Of a stretch of DNA of 64,000 bases, positions 44,260-53,064 are shown one piece after another. Where the stretch lies: the IMG/VR virus record IMGVR_UViG_3300005253_000946. One strand, given 5' to 3'. The position numbers were made by a program, and so were the translations under genes. How positions within the stretch are numbered: the first letter of the stretch is position 1; the number at the start of each line of letters is the position of its first letter. This stretch comes from a virus. The notes under the pieces were generated by a model. The model searched no databases, was not told where the DNA came from, and was given only the letters and a program-made list of their open reading frames with translations.

Positions 44260-45583
44260 TAGCTGTGGATACTACTACGCTGTTTTCTTTTTTTCAATAG
44301 GAGCTATCCAGGGTAAGATACCGTCAAAAGGTACTTTCTCTCCAAATAGTTTTTCGTATAACTCTACAGCCGGTCTCCACTCTTCTACGGTACCGTCGTC
44401 ATTGTCACTAAACTCAACAACTGGAAAATACTTTTTCAGACGTATTAGCGCAGTCGTAACTACTATGTCGTAGGGATATTTACCAGTCTTACAGTAATCG
44501 TGATACAGACCAGATTTTTCATCTTTAGAGTCCATCCATATGACCGGATCAATATTCTGCTCTACACCGAAAGTCTCAAGACCATCGTCTAATTTTCCAT
44601 TTATCCAAACATAGGTGTTGGTTAGTTCTGGATCGCCAGTACCGCACCCGCCCGCAATAGGTACTCCAGCCGTGTCGACTATCTTTTGCACGTCTTCAGA
44701 CCACGCTGTGAATAAGTCTTGTTCTAGAACTAGTGGTCTGTACCAATAGTGCGTATAACCCAAAAGTATCCTCCTGTGTGTTTAGTTAGGTTTGCAACCA
44801 CCTTTTTTGGTGTGGTTGGTAATAGCTGCTATGAGACTCTCGATGTTAGGTTCAGTAGGTCTGGGTCCGCCTATATTAAGAGACAGATTATCGCCTTCCA
44901 TTATATTCTTGAAGTCTTTTATAGGGCACTCATCAGCTTTGAAACAATTATCGCAATCAGGGAAGCCTTTACTATCTCCTTCCATGATACTCATTTCTAC
45001 CTTGATAACTCTGTTTGACTTGTCGAAGTCTCTCATTAGAGTTAGAAGGAATGCTTCTAAGTTTGAGCCTGGTTTGAATGCGGCGTCAAACCTTTTTTCT
45101 AACGCTCCAAGACTACCTATAATTGTAGATAAAGATTTATCACTAAATTCACCAGCTACTGACGAAGCTAAGTGTATAATGTCACTAAGAGCGCGTGCCT
45201 GCCCCCGTGTGATACTGTAGTACATCTCATCGTCGTTTTTTTTATCTTCCATGTGGTTGCTCTTCCTTATCTATAGGGAATCCTATTTTTTTGGTTTCAG
45301 TACACTCTTCGTCTGAGCATTTGTACTCTTCTACCCCATCGTCTATAGATTCGAGGATCATAACACTACCACAGTCACACCATGTTTTGGTATACCCCAT
45401 GAGAAGTTCCTTAATAGTAAAAAGTTAATGTAGATAAGCTAAGGGGTGTTTACCCCCTGTTTTAATACCACTGACTAGGCAGCTTTTCATCTGCTTTATC
45501 AGTAGTCCTGCCCGACAGTATCGCGTCGACTTTTACTCATGTTAGTCTCCTAGTAAAGAGTTGTGGTTTTTGCCTTCATAAAT

Positions 45584-45611
45584 CTTATGACACAAACCTA
45601 CCGGTTATTTC
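45584..45611 (-). promoter_or_regulatory. Putative phage promoter GAAATA-N16-CATAAG
   Basis: Shares CATAAGATTTATGAAGGCAAAAAC and a TACTAGGAG RBS with the unit at 28491. Confidence 0.65.
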
Positions 45612-45626
45612 ACTAAGAGAAGTGCT

Positions 45627-45702
45627 TGGTGGATCCTCCCAGATTTGAACTGGAAACCCACGCATTATGAGTGCGGCGCTCTACCAATTGAGCTAAGGAT
45701 CC
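45627..45702 (-). tRNA. tRNA-Met or Ile2 (CAT)
   Basis: CCGCA-CTCATAA-TGCGT arm, G1:C72 pair; Met and lysidine-modified Ile cannot be separated by eye. Confidence 0.88.
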
Positions 45703-46131
45703 ACATAAGAGTTAATTATTCTCATACCTAGTTTTAAGGGTTTCTACGACATATTTAGGTAAGAAGTCAGGAGCGCCATCACGGATGTCATAGTACCCTA
45801 GTAATCGGTCACTACAACTACCTCTAGTCGTTAGATGATGGTGTAACGCCCAAGCACGTTTCGCTCTCCAACCAGCTATAAGTCTGCCTTTACTTTTACT
45901 GAAGTTGTCGTTGGGGTGGACTACCGCTATACCTACATAAGCTTTGTATCCAGCTATTACAGCAGCTACTGTTACTTTTCTTGTATCAACTCTAGTTAGG
46001 TCTAATTGTTCTCCAGCCATTTCTGTGTGGAAGAATATAGGACTAAGTTTCAGTACTTCTTTGTCATTCGGCCATTCTTGTATACTTTTTTGTTTCGACA
46101 TGATTATCTCCGTTTTTGTTTATAGATTGCT

Positions 46132-46206
46132 TGGTGGGTCCACAGCGATTTGAACGCTGACAATTAGCTTAAAAGGCTAAGATGCTACCAATTACATCAT
46201 GGACCC
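46132..46206 (-). tRNA. tRNA-Lys (TTT)
   Basis: TTAGC-CTTTTAA-GCTAA arm, CCA. Confidence 0.93.
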
Positions 46207-46236
46207 GTGAACATTTCTGGAGTGTCTAAATACCAA

Positions 46237-46312
46237 TGGTAGCACGGACTGGACTTGAACCAGCAACCTTCCCCGTATGAGAGGGATGTTCCACCATTTG
46301 AACTACCGTGCC
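46237..46312 (-). tRNA. tRNA-Met or Ile2 (CAT), second copy
   Basis: TCCCT-CTCATAC-GGGGA arm, CCA. Confidence 0.88.
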
Positions 46313-47401
46313 TTAGCCACTAATATCAGTTGGACCAATTATACGTTTCGCAAGATCTTCACTTTCCAAATAAAACTCGTCTTTCCAGTATACTGTTTCA
46401 GTCTCTATTGCAGGTAACTGAGGATTAATTTTAACTGAAGTCTCGTATACGAAACCGAAGTTACGCAATATTTGCCCAAACCTCAAGTCGGGGTTTTTAT
46501 CTACGAGTTCACTTAACATCTTGGCCAGTAGTTTATTTGCTTCTTGCCTTTTCATATTATAACTTTAACTCCTATTTCTCCTTGTAGACGGTTTGTCATG
46601 TCCTCATTAGATTCTATTCCAAGGTGGAGATAGTCGCACATTTCAGAGTAGACTCCAAAAGCTTTGTCTCTAGTTTCTGATTCTGGATGGCGATAGGCTA
46701 TAACTTCAAATGTGTGCATTAGGTGTCCGTAGTAATGAACAGGTAACATGTCAATAGCCTGCTGGTTGCTTTTACCTATATCTTTGATGGATTGGAATTC
46801 TGTGTTGATCAAAAAGGATGAAGGTATTTTTTCTGCTGGTTGAAGCATTATACTACGTATCCAACGAACCATCATCTTAATTTCTTCAGTGCTAGCGTTG
46901 TCTGGTCCACGTAGCCCAGTTATTAGAGTCGCTTGCTCCTTGCGAGGTAAATTCATTACCCAATCTTGTAAAACACTATCCATTAATGATCTCCTTTTCT
47001 CTCTTTTTTGTTTTAGATTTAGTGGTAGATCTTCGCCTGTACATATTCCTACCTTTTTCGTCCTTACGGTCGGCCACTACTAAAATGCCGTCTGCTACAA
47101 GAACATCCAACCAGAAAGCTACAGCTCCTGTTTCTTCATCCAAGTAGTCTCCGTATATATGACCCTTTTTGTCCCATACACCTTGTTCTCTTAAATATTT
47201 GGCCCGTTTTCGTACTTGCCATTCAGTAGTACCTAAAAACTTCGCTATAGGTTTACACCAAGGACCTACCTCACAGATAGCTATGAGAAGTATTAAAGCA
47301 GTAAGCATGTCTTCATCTTTAAGACAAGGGTCTATTTTACGTAAGTTTCTCTCATAAAACTTCCTGGTTCTAGGTCTACCTCTAGTCTCGGATGTGTTCA
47401 A
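46313..47401 (-). other. Hypothetical CDSs (46313-46555, 46552-46983, 46976-47401)
   Basis: Coupled ORFs. Confidence 0.65.
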
Positions 47402-47678
47402 TTATTCCCTCCGAATCAGGTTTGCCCCATTTACGTTTTTTGTTTATCTCAAGCTTCTTTTTAGCCTCTTCCAGTAAATCGTAGCCCACTAGGTCTGAAT
47501 GTCTGAGTAGGAGTATAAGTATGTCTGCTGCTTCTACAGGGTCTAGTGGATGCTCTAATAACTCCTCAGCTTCTTTGTGTATATGTTTAACGACAGGTAC
47601 GATCCGTTCTTTACCTCCACCAAAAGTCTCTCTTGCCCAGTGGATAGCGTGTATTGCAAATTCTGCGTATTTCTCCAT
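47382..47678 (-). CDS. DUF550 / dATP-dGTP pyrophosphohydrolase (MazG-like) protein
   Basis: WARETFG...HIHKEAEEL...EAADILIL...KLEINKKRKWGKPD. Confidence 0.75.
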   Translation of the reverse strand: MEKYAEFAIHAIHWARETFGGGKERIVPVVKHIHKEAEELLEHPLDPVEAADILILLLRHSDLVGYDLLEEAKKKLEINKKRKWGKPDSEGIIEHIRD

Positions 47679-47823
47679 AGAAAAGCTCCTTTTAAAATTT
47701 CAGACCCACCCATCTAGCGGTGGGGCTAGACAGGTGGGCCTATAGGTGTATCGACTTACAGGCAGGGGATACTTCCTGGCGATACGTTTATATCTTACCT
47801 AACTTTTGGTTAGGAAGATAGTT

Positions 47824-47909
47824 TGGTGCCGGAGGCGAGAATCGAACTCGCACACCCGAAGGCACGAGGTCCTAAACCTCGCGTGTCTGCCTAGTTCCAC
47901 CACTCCGGC
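47824..47909 (-). tRNA. tRNA-Leu (TAG)
   Basis: CGAGG-TTTAGGA-CCTCG arm, long variable arm, CCA. Confidence 0.93.
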
Positions 47910-47911
47910 TT

Positions 47912-47988
47912 TGGTGACTCCAACGGGATTTGAACCCATGTTGCCAGGGCGAAAACCTGGTGTCCTAACCAAGCTAGACGATGGAGTC
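47912..47988 (-). tRNA. tRNA-Glu (TTC)
   Basis: CCAGG-TTTTCGC-CCTGG arm, CCA. Confidence 0.93.
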
Positions 47989-48026
47989 TATGTATCTCTT
48001 ATAACATAAAGAGTAGCTAAATTAAA

Positions 48027-48107
48027 TGGCGGTGACGATGGGATTTGAACCCACATAAACCTCCTTGACAGGGAGGTACTTTACCTAGTCTTTTAAGCTA
48101 CGTCACC
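48027..48107 (-). tRNA. tRNA-Asp (GTC)
   Basis: CCTCC-CTGTCAA-GGAGG arm, G73, CCA; enlarged D-loop. Confidence 0.9.
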
Positions 48108-48108
48108 G

Positions 48109-48184
48109 TGGTAGGACTGGTCAGGCTTGAACTGACGACTTTCTGCGTGTAAGGCAGATGCTCTCTCTACTGAGCTACGGCCCC
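48109..48184 (-). tRNA. tRNA-Val (TAC)
   Basis: TCTGC-CTTACAC-GCAGA arm, CCA; one acceptor-stem mismatch. Confidence 0.88.
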
Positions 48185-48219
48185 GAAGAGATAATAAACT
48201 AACTGTACAAATATTTCAA

Positions 48220-48295
48220 TGGCGGGAAGTAGAGGACTCGAACCCCTGACTCAAGATTTGGAGTCTTGTGTGTTACCAGTTACAACCAACGACCC
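48220..48295 (-). tRNA. tRNA-Trp (CCA)
   Basis: CAAGA-CTCCAAA-TCTTG arm; two acceptor-stem mismatches. Confidence 0.8.
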
Positions 48296-48296
48296 T

Positions 48297-48373
48297 TGGA
48301 GTCGGCGGACGGAATCGAACCGTCGATGATCGGTTTTGCAGACCGACGCTTTAACCAACTTAGCTACGCCGAC
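48297..48373 (-). tRNA. tRNA-Cys (GCA)
   Basis: TCGGT-CTGCAAA-ACCGA arm, U73, CCA. Confidence 0.93.
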
Positions 48374-48398
48374 ACTATAAGATTCGAGTATAATTGCG

Positions 48399-48490
48399 TG
48401 GCGGAAGGAGTGGGACTCGAACCCACAAGCCGACTTACGCCGACCACCTGATTAGCAGTCAGGCTCAATAGCCAGTTCTGACACCCTTCC
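48399..48490 (-). tRNA. tRNA-Ser (GCT)
   Basis: CCTGA-CTGCTAA-TCAGG arm, long variable arm, G73, CCA. Confidence 0.93.
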
Positions 48491-48499
48491 TATAATTGC

Positions 48500-48511
48500 T
48501 GGTAGCTGGAA
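48500..48511 (-). pseudogene. 3' remnant of a tRNA (TCCAGCT A CCA) downstream of HNH 4
   Basis: Pairs 5 of 7 with the CGCGGGA 5' strand at 48946-48952 (C1 is unpaired, as in fMet); followed by the GCAAT trailer shared with intact tRNAs. Confidence 0.5.
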
Positions 48512-48518
48512 TGGGGCC

Positions 48519-48875
48519 TTACTCTACTTTCTTTTCCCATAAAGTTTTATGTGTTCTTATCCGATGACAATTAGCACATCTAATTTCACACTTTTCAATC
48601 TCAGCCCTTATCCTATTCATAGACACACATCTCTTTACAAGATTTGAAACAGAGTCTTCTTTCTCCCCGCGAACATGGTCAAAATCAAGAGCACGGATAT
48701 CTGAAAAGCCGCAGTCCACACAAGGATGCTGTGACAAATAGTCTGCGATAAACTTCTTGCGAAGAGCGAACTGCTTTCGTTTAGATAACCGTGATCTCTC
48801 TTTATATATTTCTTTGTTAGCTTCGTAATGTTGTTTTGCCGCTTGCTTCTGCTTCTCTTTGTCTTTATAGGCCAT
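48519..48875 (-). CDS. HNH homing endonuclease 4
   Basis: PCVDCG...ALDFDHVRG...EIEKCEIRCANCHRIRT. Confidence 0.9.
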   Translation of the reverse strand: MAYKDKEKQKQAAKQHYEANKEIYKERSRLSKRKQFALRKKFIADYLSQHPCVDCGFSDIRALDFDHVRGEKEDSVSNLVKRCVSMNRIRAEIEKCEIRCANCHRIRTHKTLWEKKVE

Positions 48876-48881
48876 ACCGAC

Positions 48882-48910
48882 AGCTTATGGGGTTCAAATA
48901 TCTTTGTCAA
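48882..48910 (-). promoter_or_regulatory. Sigma70-type promoter TTGACA-N17-TAAGCT, 6 nt before the HNH 4 ATG (leaderless)
   Basis: Read directly; same geometry as the HNH 3 promoter. Confidence 0.75.
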
Positions 48911-48952
48911 GATATGAGACCTACGCTGGAACCAACTCCAGTCTATCCCGCG
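48911..48952 (-). pseudogene. 5' half of an initiator-like tRNA-Met (CAT), truncated after the anticodon loop
   Basis: CGCGGGA TA GACTGGAGTTGGTTCCAGC G TAGGT CTCATAT C, then TTGACA. Confidence 0.8.
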
Positions 48953-49686
48953 TCTATACGTACGTAAGGTTCGCACACAGCTAATACTTCTTCAACCTTA
49001 AATAAATCTAATCTATCATCTGTTCGTACACCAGTCTCCATATCTATCCAACCTATACCTGCTGGAGATTGTTCGAAAGCCTCTAAAATATCTGATATAT
49101 TCTCTGGTGTTATTCCTCCAGCCCATCCACAATAGTGTCCAGTAATAGGTATAGGGAGTCCTTTTTCTAAAACCGATACTCCTCTACCACCACTACTGTC
49201 AAATAGAACATGGTGTCGGATATTTAAAGCTGCTGTCTTTTTCCACAGGTCTACAGTATTACTCTTATGCTGAGTGATGATATCTATCTTCCGGTTACGC
49301 ATTACATCTACCCACCATGCGAATCCGGTCAGATCGTCAGGATACTTTTGAACATTTATCTGTATCCGAGAAAATACTTCTCCCATGTAATCAGGATTGA
49401 AGCCAAAATACTTTAGCCACTGAGGGGCTGAAATTTCCTCACCTTCAACAAAAGCTTTAGCCACTGAGCCGCAAATATGTAAAGCCAGATTTATCTTATT
49501 CTCTAACTGATAAGCCCATTTTCCTAATTCACCAATCCAATTGCTTGAAGGATACCTGTCACGTCCTTGTTTAGTGCTTATTAAAATACCCCACTCTACG
49601 AATGGGTATTTTTTAGAAAGAGCGTACATATCGGCAGAAGATACGTGATCGTCAACTCCTGTAATAGTTACTCGATTTAGTTTCAT
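48943..49686 (-). CDS. TIM-barrel protein, phosphoribosylanthranilate isomerase (TrpF)-like
   Basis: VTITGVD, EWGIL, LFDSSGGRG, GWAGGITPENI and WIDMETGVR motifs. Confidence 0.65.
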   Translation of the reverse strand: MKLNRVTITGVDDHVSSADMYALSKKYPFVEWGILISTKQGRDRYPSSNWIGELGKWAYQLENKINLALHICGSVAKAFVEGEEISAPQWLKYFGFNPDYMGEVFSRIQINVQKYPDDLTGFAWWVDVMRNRKIDIITQHKSNTVDLWKKTAALNIRHHVLFDSSGGRGVSVLEKGLPIPITGHYCGWAGGITPENISDILEAFEQSPAGIGWIDMETGVRTDDRLDLFKVEEVLAVCEPYVRIDAG

Positions 49687-49868
49687 TTTTTGTCCTTCAG
49701 GATCGTATCTGGATAGTCTATAAAAATAAATTCCTGATCATCTGGTAGTGTAGGTATTGAATGTAGAGATCTGGGTTGAATAGCAGTTACAACAGTTACA
49801 TTATACTTTTTTACTAGTTCACGTAACTCCTGGAAAACTTCAGCTTGTTTTTTATATGACATTTTGTA

Positions 49869-50165
49869 CTATCCCGCATTCACATCTATTGAAGCTATAG
49901 CCCATATTGCTGTTAGAGCTACATCTGCTAACTCGTGTTTTACTTTTTCTTCGTCATTAGAGTGGACTGCTTTAACTAATTCGTATATTTCCTCTATTAA
50001 GATTCCCAGTGCTTCGTGTTTGTTAATAAAAGCTCCACGACCATGTTTCATCTTAGCTTTATGGAGAATCTCATTTACAAACCTTTCTGCATCACCTTGG
50101 TCTTCGTAAGTAATATGTTTTCTTAGTTCTCCCGGTTCTTGATTCATTTTATCGTTCCGATCCAA
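49869..50165 (-). CDS. MazG-like NTP pyrophosphohydrolase
   Basis: HEALGILIEEIYEL...HELADVA. Confidence 0.7.
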   Translation of the reverse strand: MDRNDKMNQEPGELRKHITYEDQGDAERFVNEILHKAKMKHGRGAFINKHEALGILIEEIYELVKAVHSNDEEKVKHELADVALTAIWAIASIDVNAG

Positions 50166-50379
50166 ATTGTATGTTTAAGAGATTATGTAATGTTTTTGCT
50201 TCTAGGGTACTCATCATCACTTGCCCACAAACATGCGTATAACTGGTGTCCTCTATAAAGGTTCCATTCTCCATCTTAAAGTCGATACATATACCTGGTT
50301 GATTGTCACTAGGAATATTGGCTATTCCTATATTGTCAACTGCCTTGAGTGTAATCACTTTGTATTTCCTTAAAATTGC

Positions 50380-50457
50380 TGGTCCACTAGATTGGATTTG
50401 AACCAATGACCGCTCGGTTATCAGCCGAGTGCTCGAACCAGACTGAGCTTCTAGTGG
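50380..50457 (-). tRNA. tRNA-Ile (GAT)
   Basis: CTCGG-CTGATAA-CCGAG arm, CCA. Confidence 0.93.
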
Positions 50458-50471
50458 TTATATAATTGTGG

Positions 50472-50633
50472 TTATTTTACTTTAAATTTGGAAGTTACTT
50501 CTGCTCTCTCAACAGTTGCTGGATTAAAACATTCAGGACACATAACGACACCATCTCGTTCGGCCTGCTTTATGTCTACCTCAAATTTATGTCCGTTTAT
50601 ACACTTAGCCTGCATTGTTACTTTCTGATTCAT
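50472..50633 (-). CDS. 53-aa zinc-ribbon-like protein between a duplicated tRNA-Ile 5' end and tRNA-Ile
   Basis: MNQKVTMQAKCINGHKFEVDIKQAERDGVVMCPECFNPATVE...; GGAG RBS; not in the ORF track. Confidence 0.65.
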   Translation of the reverse strand: MNQKVTMQAKCINGHKFEVDIKQAERDGVVMCPECFNPATVERAEVTSKFKVK

Positions 50634-50651
50634 TTTCACTCCTTCGGAATT

Positions 50652-50663
50652 AGCTTCTAGTGG
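50652..50663 (-). repeat. 12-bp duplicate of the tRNA-Ile 5' end (CCACTAGAAGCT)
   Basis: Identical to 50446-50457. Confidence 0.75.
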
Positions 50664-51244
50664 CCGTGAAATAATATTATCATGGAATTGTTATCTATTC
50701 CATGCTTGTAGGCTATCTTACTGAAGGCCTCTTCATCATAGGCTAGAGCTTTACCGTCTGCTTCCCGTTCCTTGTTGGTGGTGATCATACCTTGTATCTC
50801 TGCAAAAGCTTCTACGCTTGCGGCGACTACATAGGCTGCTTTCTGTTCATCTGTCATAATGTTCTCCTTAAATGAATGCTGGGCGTTCCTTCGAGTGTTC
50901 TAAAACAATGCATCACGCGGTCCGGTACTGTGTGTGTAATCAAGACTCGAAAGCCTTGTTAGCACTACCACAGAAGGTGACCGATGTAATAGGATATACC
51001 CTTGTTTGGGGTCTGGTACTTCCTTCTCAGTGATCCAACGAAATGCTATCTGGATGCCCCGGTTCTCTGTAATTAACGCTACCTCTTCAGCAGTATTTAG
51101 GTCGATGAAGCAGTCATCGGGAACGTCAGCAGATGTGAAATTCCTAGCTAACTGTTCCTCCCCTACTATGTCTAAGGTCAGCGAACCGTAATGATTGTTG
51201 TACTGTGTTGTATTTTCCACTTTAATTCTCCTTTAAGTATTGCT

Positions 51245-51265
51245 TGGTGCCCTAGGAGGGATTTG
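51245..51265 (-). pseudogene. 3' part of a split tRNA-Arg (ACG)
   Basis: CAAAT CCCTC CTAGGGC A CCA; the acceptor strand pairs perfectly with GCCCTAG at 52073-52079. Confidence 0.8.
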
Positions 51266-51304
51266 TTAGGTGTTTTTCTTTTTTCTTTATGATATAAAGG
51301 TAAC

Positions 51305-52045
51305 ATGAAGACGTATAAAATTCGACAATTTATAGAAAATCCTAAATTGCTATCTCAATTTAAATCCAGGGAAGTTGTTCCTATGCTTTGTGAGTATTGT
51401 AGAAAAGATGCTTCAGCTAGAAAGAATAGAGTACAGTCGAAGATTAACCATGGATTTAAGAATCGTTTCTGCTCTTCATCTTGTTCTATAAAATATCAAG
51501 TAGTAAGTAAGGGATTAGAATTAACCAAAGAGTATTATTGTGTTAAGTGTAAGAAAGTGTTTAAGAGAATCTTTTCACAGAGTATCAGATCAAAAAACTG
51601 CTTCTGCTCAAAATCGTGTGCGGCAAAGTATAATAATGCTCATAAGTCTTACGGCATTCGTAGATCTAAGTTGGAAATTTGGTTAGAGCGACGTCTTGTT
51701 GAACTATATCCTGATTTAGAGATTCTCTTTAATTATAAGAAAATTATTGAATCTGAACTTGATATTTATATCCCTTCTCTAAATCTAGCTTTTGAGATAA
51801 ATGGTATTTTTCATTATAAACCTATCTTTGGTCAAGAAAAGTTAGAGCAGATCCAAACTAATGATTCTAAGAAGAGTAGTCGATGTACTCAAGAAAATAT
51901 ATCTTTACTTATTATTAACTGTTCAAAACTTACGCACTTTAAGGTAAAGGAGTTTTACAAGTATTTAGGGATTATCGAATACCATATAAATATCTTAGTA
52001 GATCTATTTGGTAGTCAAGATAGTCCCCGACATGTGGCTTCGTAA
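51305..52045 (+). CDS. Zn-finger plus Vsr/DUF559-like PD-(D/E)xK endonuclease inserted antisense within tRNA-Arg
   Basis: CxxC/FCSxSC repeats; ELDIYIPSLNLAFEINGIFHY...D..K motif; noticeably AT-rich. Confidence 0.8.
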   Translation: MKTYKIRQFIENPKLLSQFKSREVVPMLCEYCRKDASARKNRVQSKINHGFKNRFCSSSCSIKYQVVSKGLELTKEYYCVKCKKVFKRIFSQSIRSKNCFCSKSCAAKYNNAHKSYGIRRSKLEIWLERRLVELYPDLEILFNYKKIIESELDIYIPSLNLAFEINGIFHYKPIFGQEKLEQIQTNDSKKSSRCTQENISLLIINCSKLTHFKVKEFYKYLGIIEYHINILVDLFGSQDSPRHVAS

Positions 52046-52079
52046 TCATATGCTACTATCCGGGCTGAGCTACTAGGGC
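52025..52079 (-). pseudogene. 5' part of a split tRNA-Arg (ACG)
   Basis: GCCCTAG TA GCTCAGCCCGGATAGTAGC A TATGA TTACGAA GCCAC ATGTC GGGG; the anticodon stem does not pair. Confidence 0.75.
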
Positions 52080-52526
52080 GTTATTGTTTAAGGAAAGATA
52101 CAGTAGCACGGAATCCATTTGTCGCTGGATTCACACTTATATTCTTCGACTGCTTCAGTATCTGTACTACTTAGAAATTCTCTACAATACTCCGTAGTAC
52201 AAAAACCTTCTCCAAGAAATTCTTCAGGGACAGCATGGAAGCCGTTTCCTTCTGGATCTATGGACATTATAACTTCTTTGTCTTGATCCAGTTCTTGTAG
52301 TTGCTTTATAAATTCGCTTAATTTCATAGTGTTCTCCTATAATTGTTCTGCCTACTACCCTGACGAACCGCTGCTCTGTAGGCATAATTCTTCAAGGTAA
52401 TCAATAAGGGCTATACCGTCGGAATAGTCGGCTTCTCCTTTAAATAGCTTGCTAACATAGTCAGCTGCGGCTGCCTTAGCCTTTTTCTCTTGTTCTGTCA
52501 TGTTCCTGTTTCCTTTGTATAATTGC

Positions 52527-52623
52527 TGGCGGAAGGAGTGGGATTCGAACCCTACACGGCTTTTACACCTAACGGTTTTCAAAACCGCATCCGGTAACCA
52601 GCAATCTTTCGGATTATCCTTCC
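52527..52623 (-). tRNA. tRNA-Ser (TGA)
   Basis: GCGGT-TTTGAAA-ACCGT arm, long variable arm, G73, CCA; enlarged D-arm. Confidence 0.85.
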
Positions 52624-52892
52624 GCTGTTATATTAAACTGCTGCTTGAAGTGTTTCTAATGAATTAAAAGGCCCTACCCAAGGAGTTTTTTTGTCCTGAA
52701 TCATTTCAAAGGTTGCCACCATTGCGTCTATGTCTGGCAGGCTTTTAAAATCTTTGTCGACTTTTACATAATACCACCCGTTAGGGAATCGGTGAGCTTC
52801 ATAGTCAGGTCCATGAAATCCTTCTTGGCAATGTATAGGGTTAGGTATTATAGGCTTCTCTGTTTGCATGTTAGTCTCCTTTAAGATTGCAG

Positions 52893-52979
52893 TGGTGGGT
52901 CAGGTTGGATTCGAACCAACGTAGGCCGAAGCCACCGGGTTTACAGCCCGGTCCTTTTGACACACTCAGGCACTGACCC
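52893..52979 (-). tRNA. tRNA-Tyr (GTA)
   Basis: CCGGG-CTGTAAA-CCCGG arm, long variable arm, CCA. Confidence 0.93.
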
Positions 52980-52983
52980 ACTG

Positions 52984-53060
52984 TGGTGGTCGAGACCGGA
53001 ATTGAACCAGTGACACCTAGATTTTCAGTCTAGTGCTACTACCAACTGAGCTACTCGACC
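52984..53060 (-). tRNA. tRNA-Phe (GAA)
   Basis: CTAGA-CTGAAAA-TCTAG arm, CCA. Confidence 0.93.
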
Positions 53061-53064
53061 TCAG

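Larger units (their letters stand above)
44275..46101 (-). other. Hypothetical CDSs (44275-44763, 44782-45252, 45712-46101) interleaved with tRNAs
   Basis: Intact ORFs; MGYTHYW start is typical of a phage family. Confidence 0.65.

Noticed and set aside
47806-48451. Track ORFs 47806-48009, 48266-48451, 44129-44473 and the 5' parts of 42164-42589 and 52355-52582
   Set aside because: They are reading frames across tRNA genes, not proteins.
41432-48952. HNH inserts as group I introns in tRNA anticodon loops
   Set aside because: The inserts are almost entirely promoter plus ORF with no room for a ribozyme core. The old 5' anticodon strands do not pair with the downstream 3' strands (e.g. Gln ACGGG versus TCTGG), and complete tRNAs follow.
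49683-49862. 59-aa ORF with DnaB-like words (ELVKKYNVTVVTAIQ, FIFIDY)
   Set aside because: The motifs are in the wrong order and the ORF is far too short for a helicase; treated as hypothetical.
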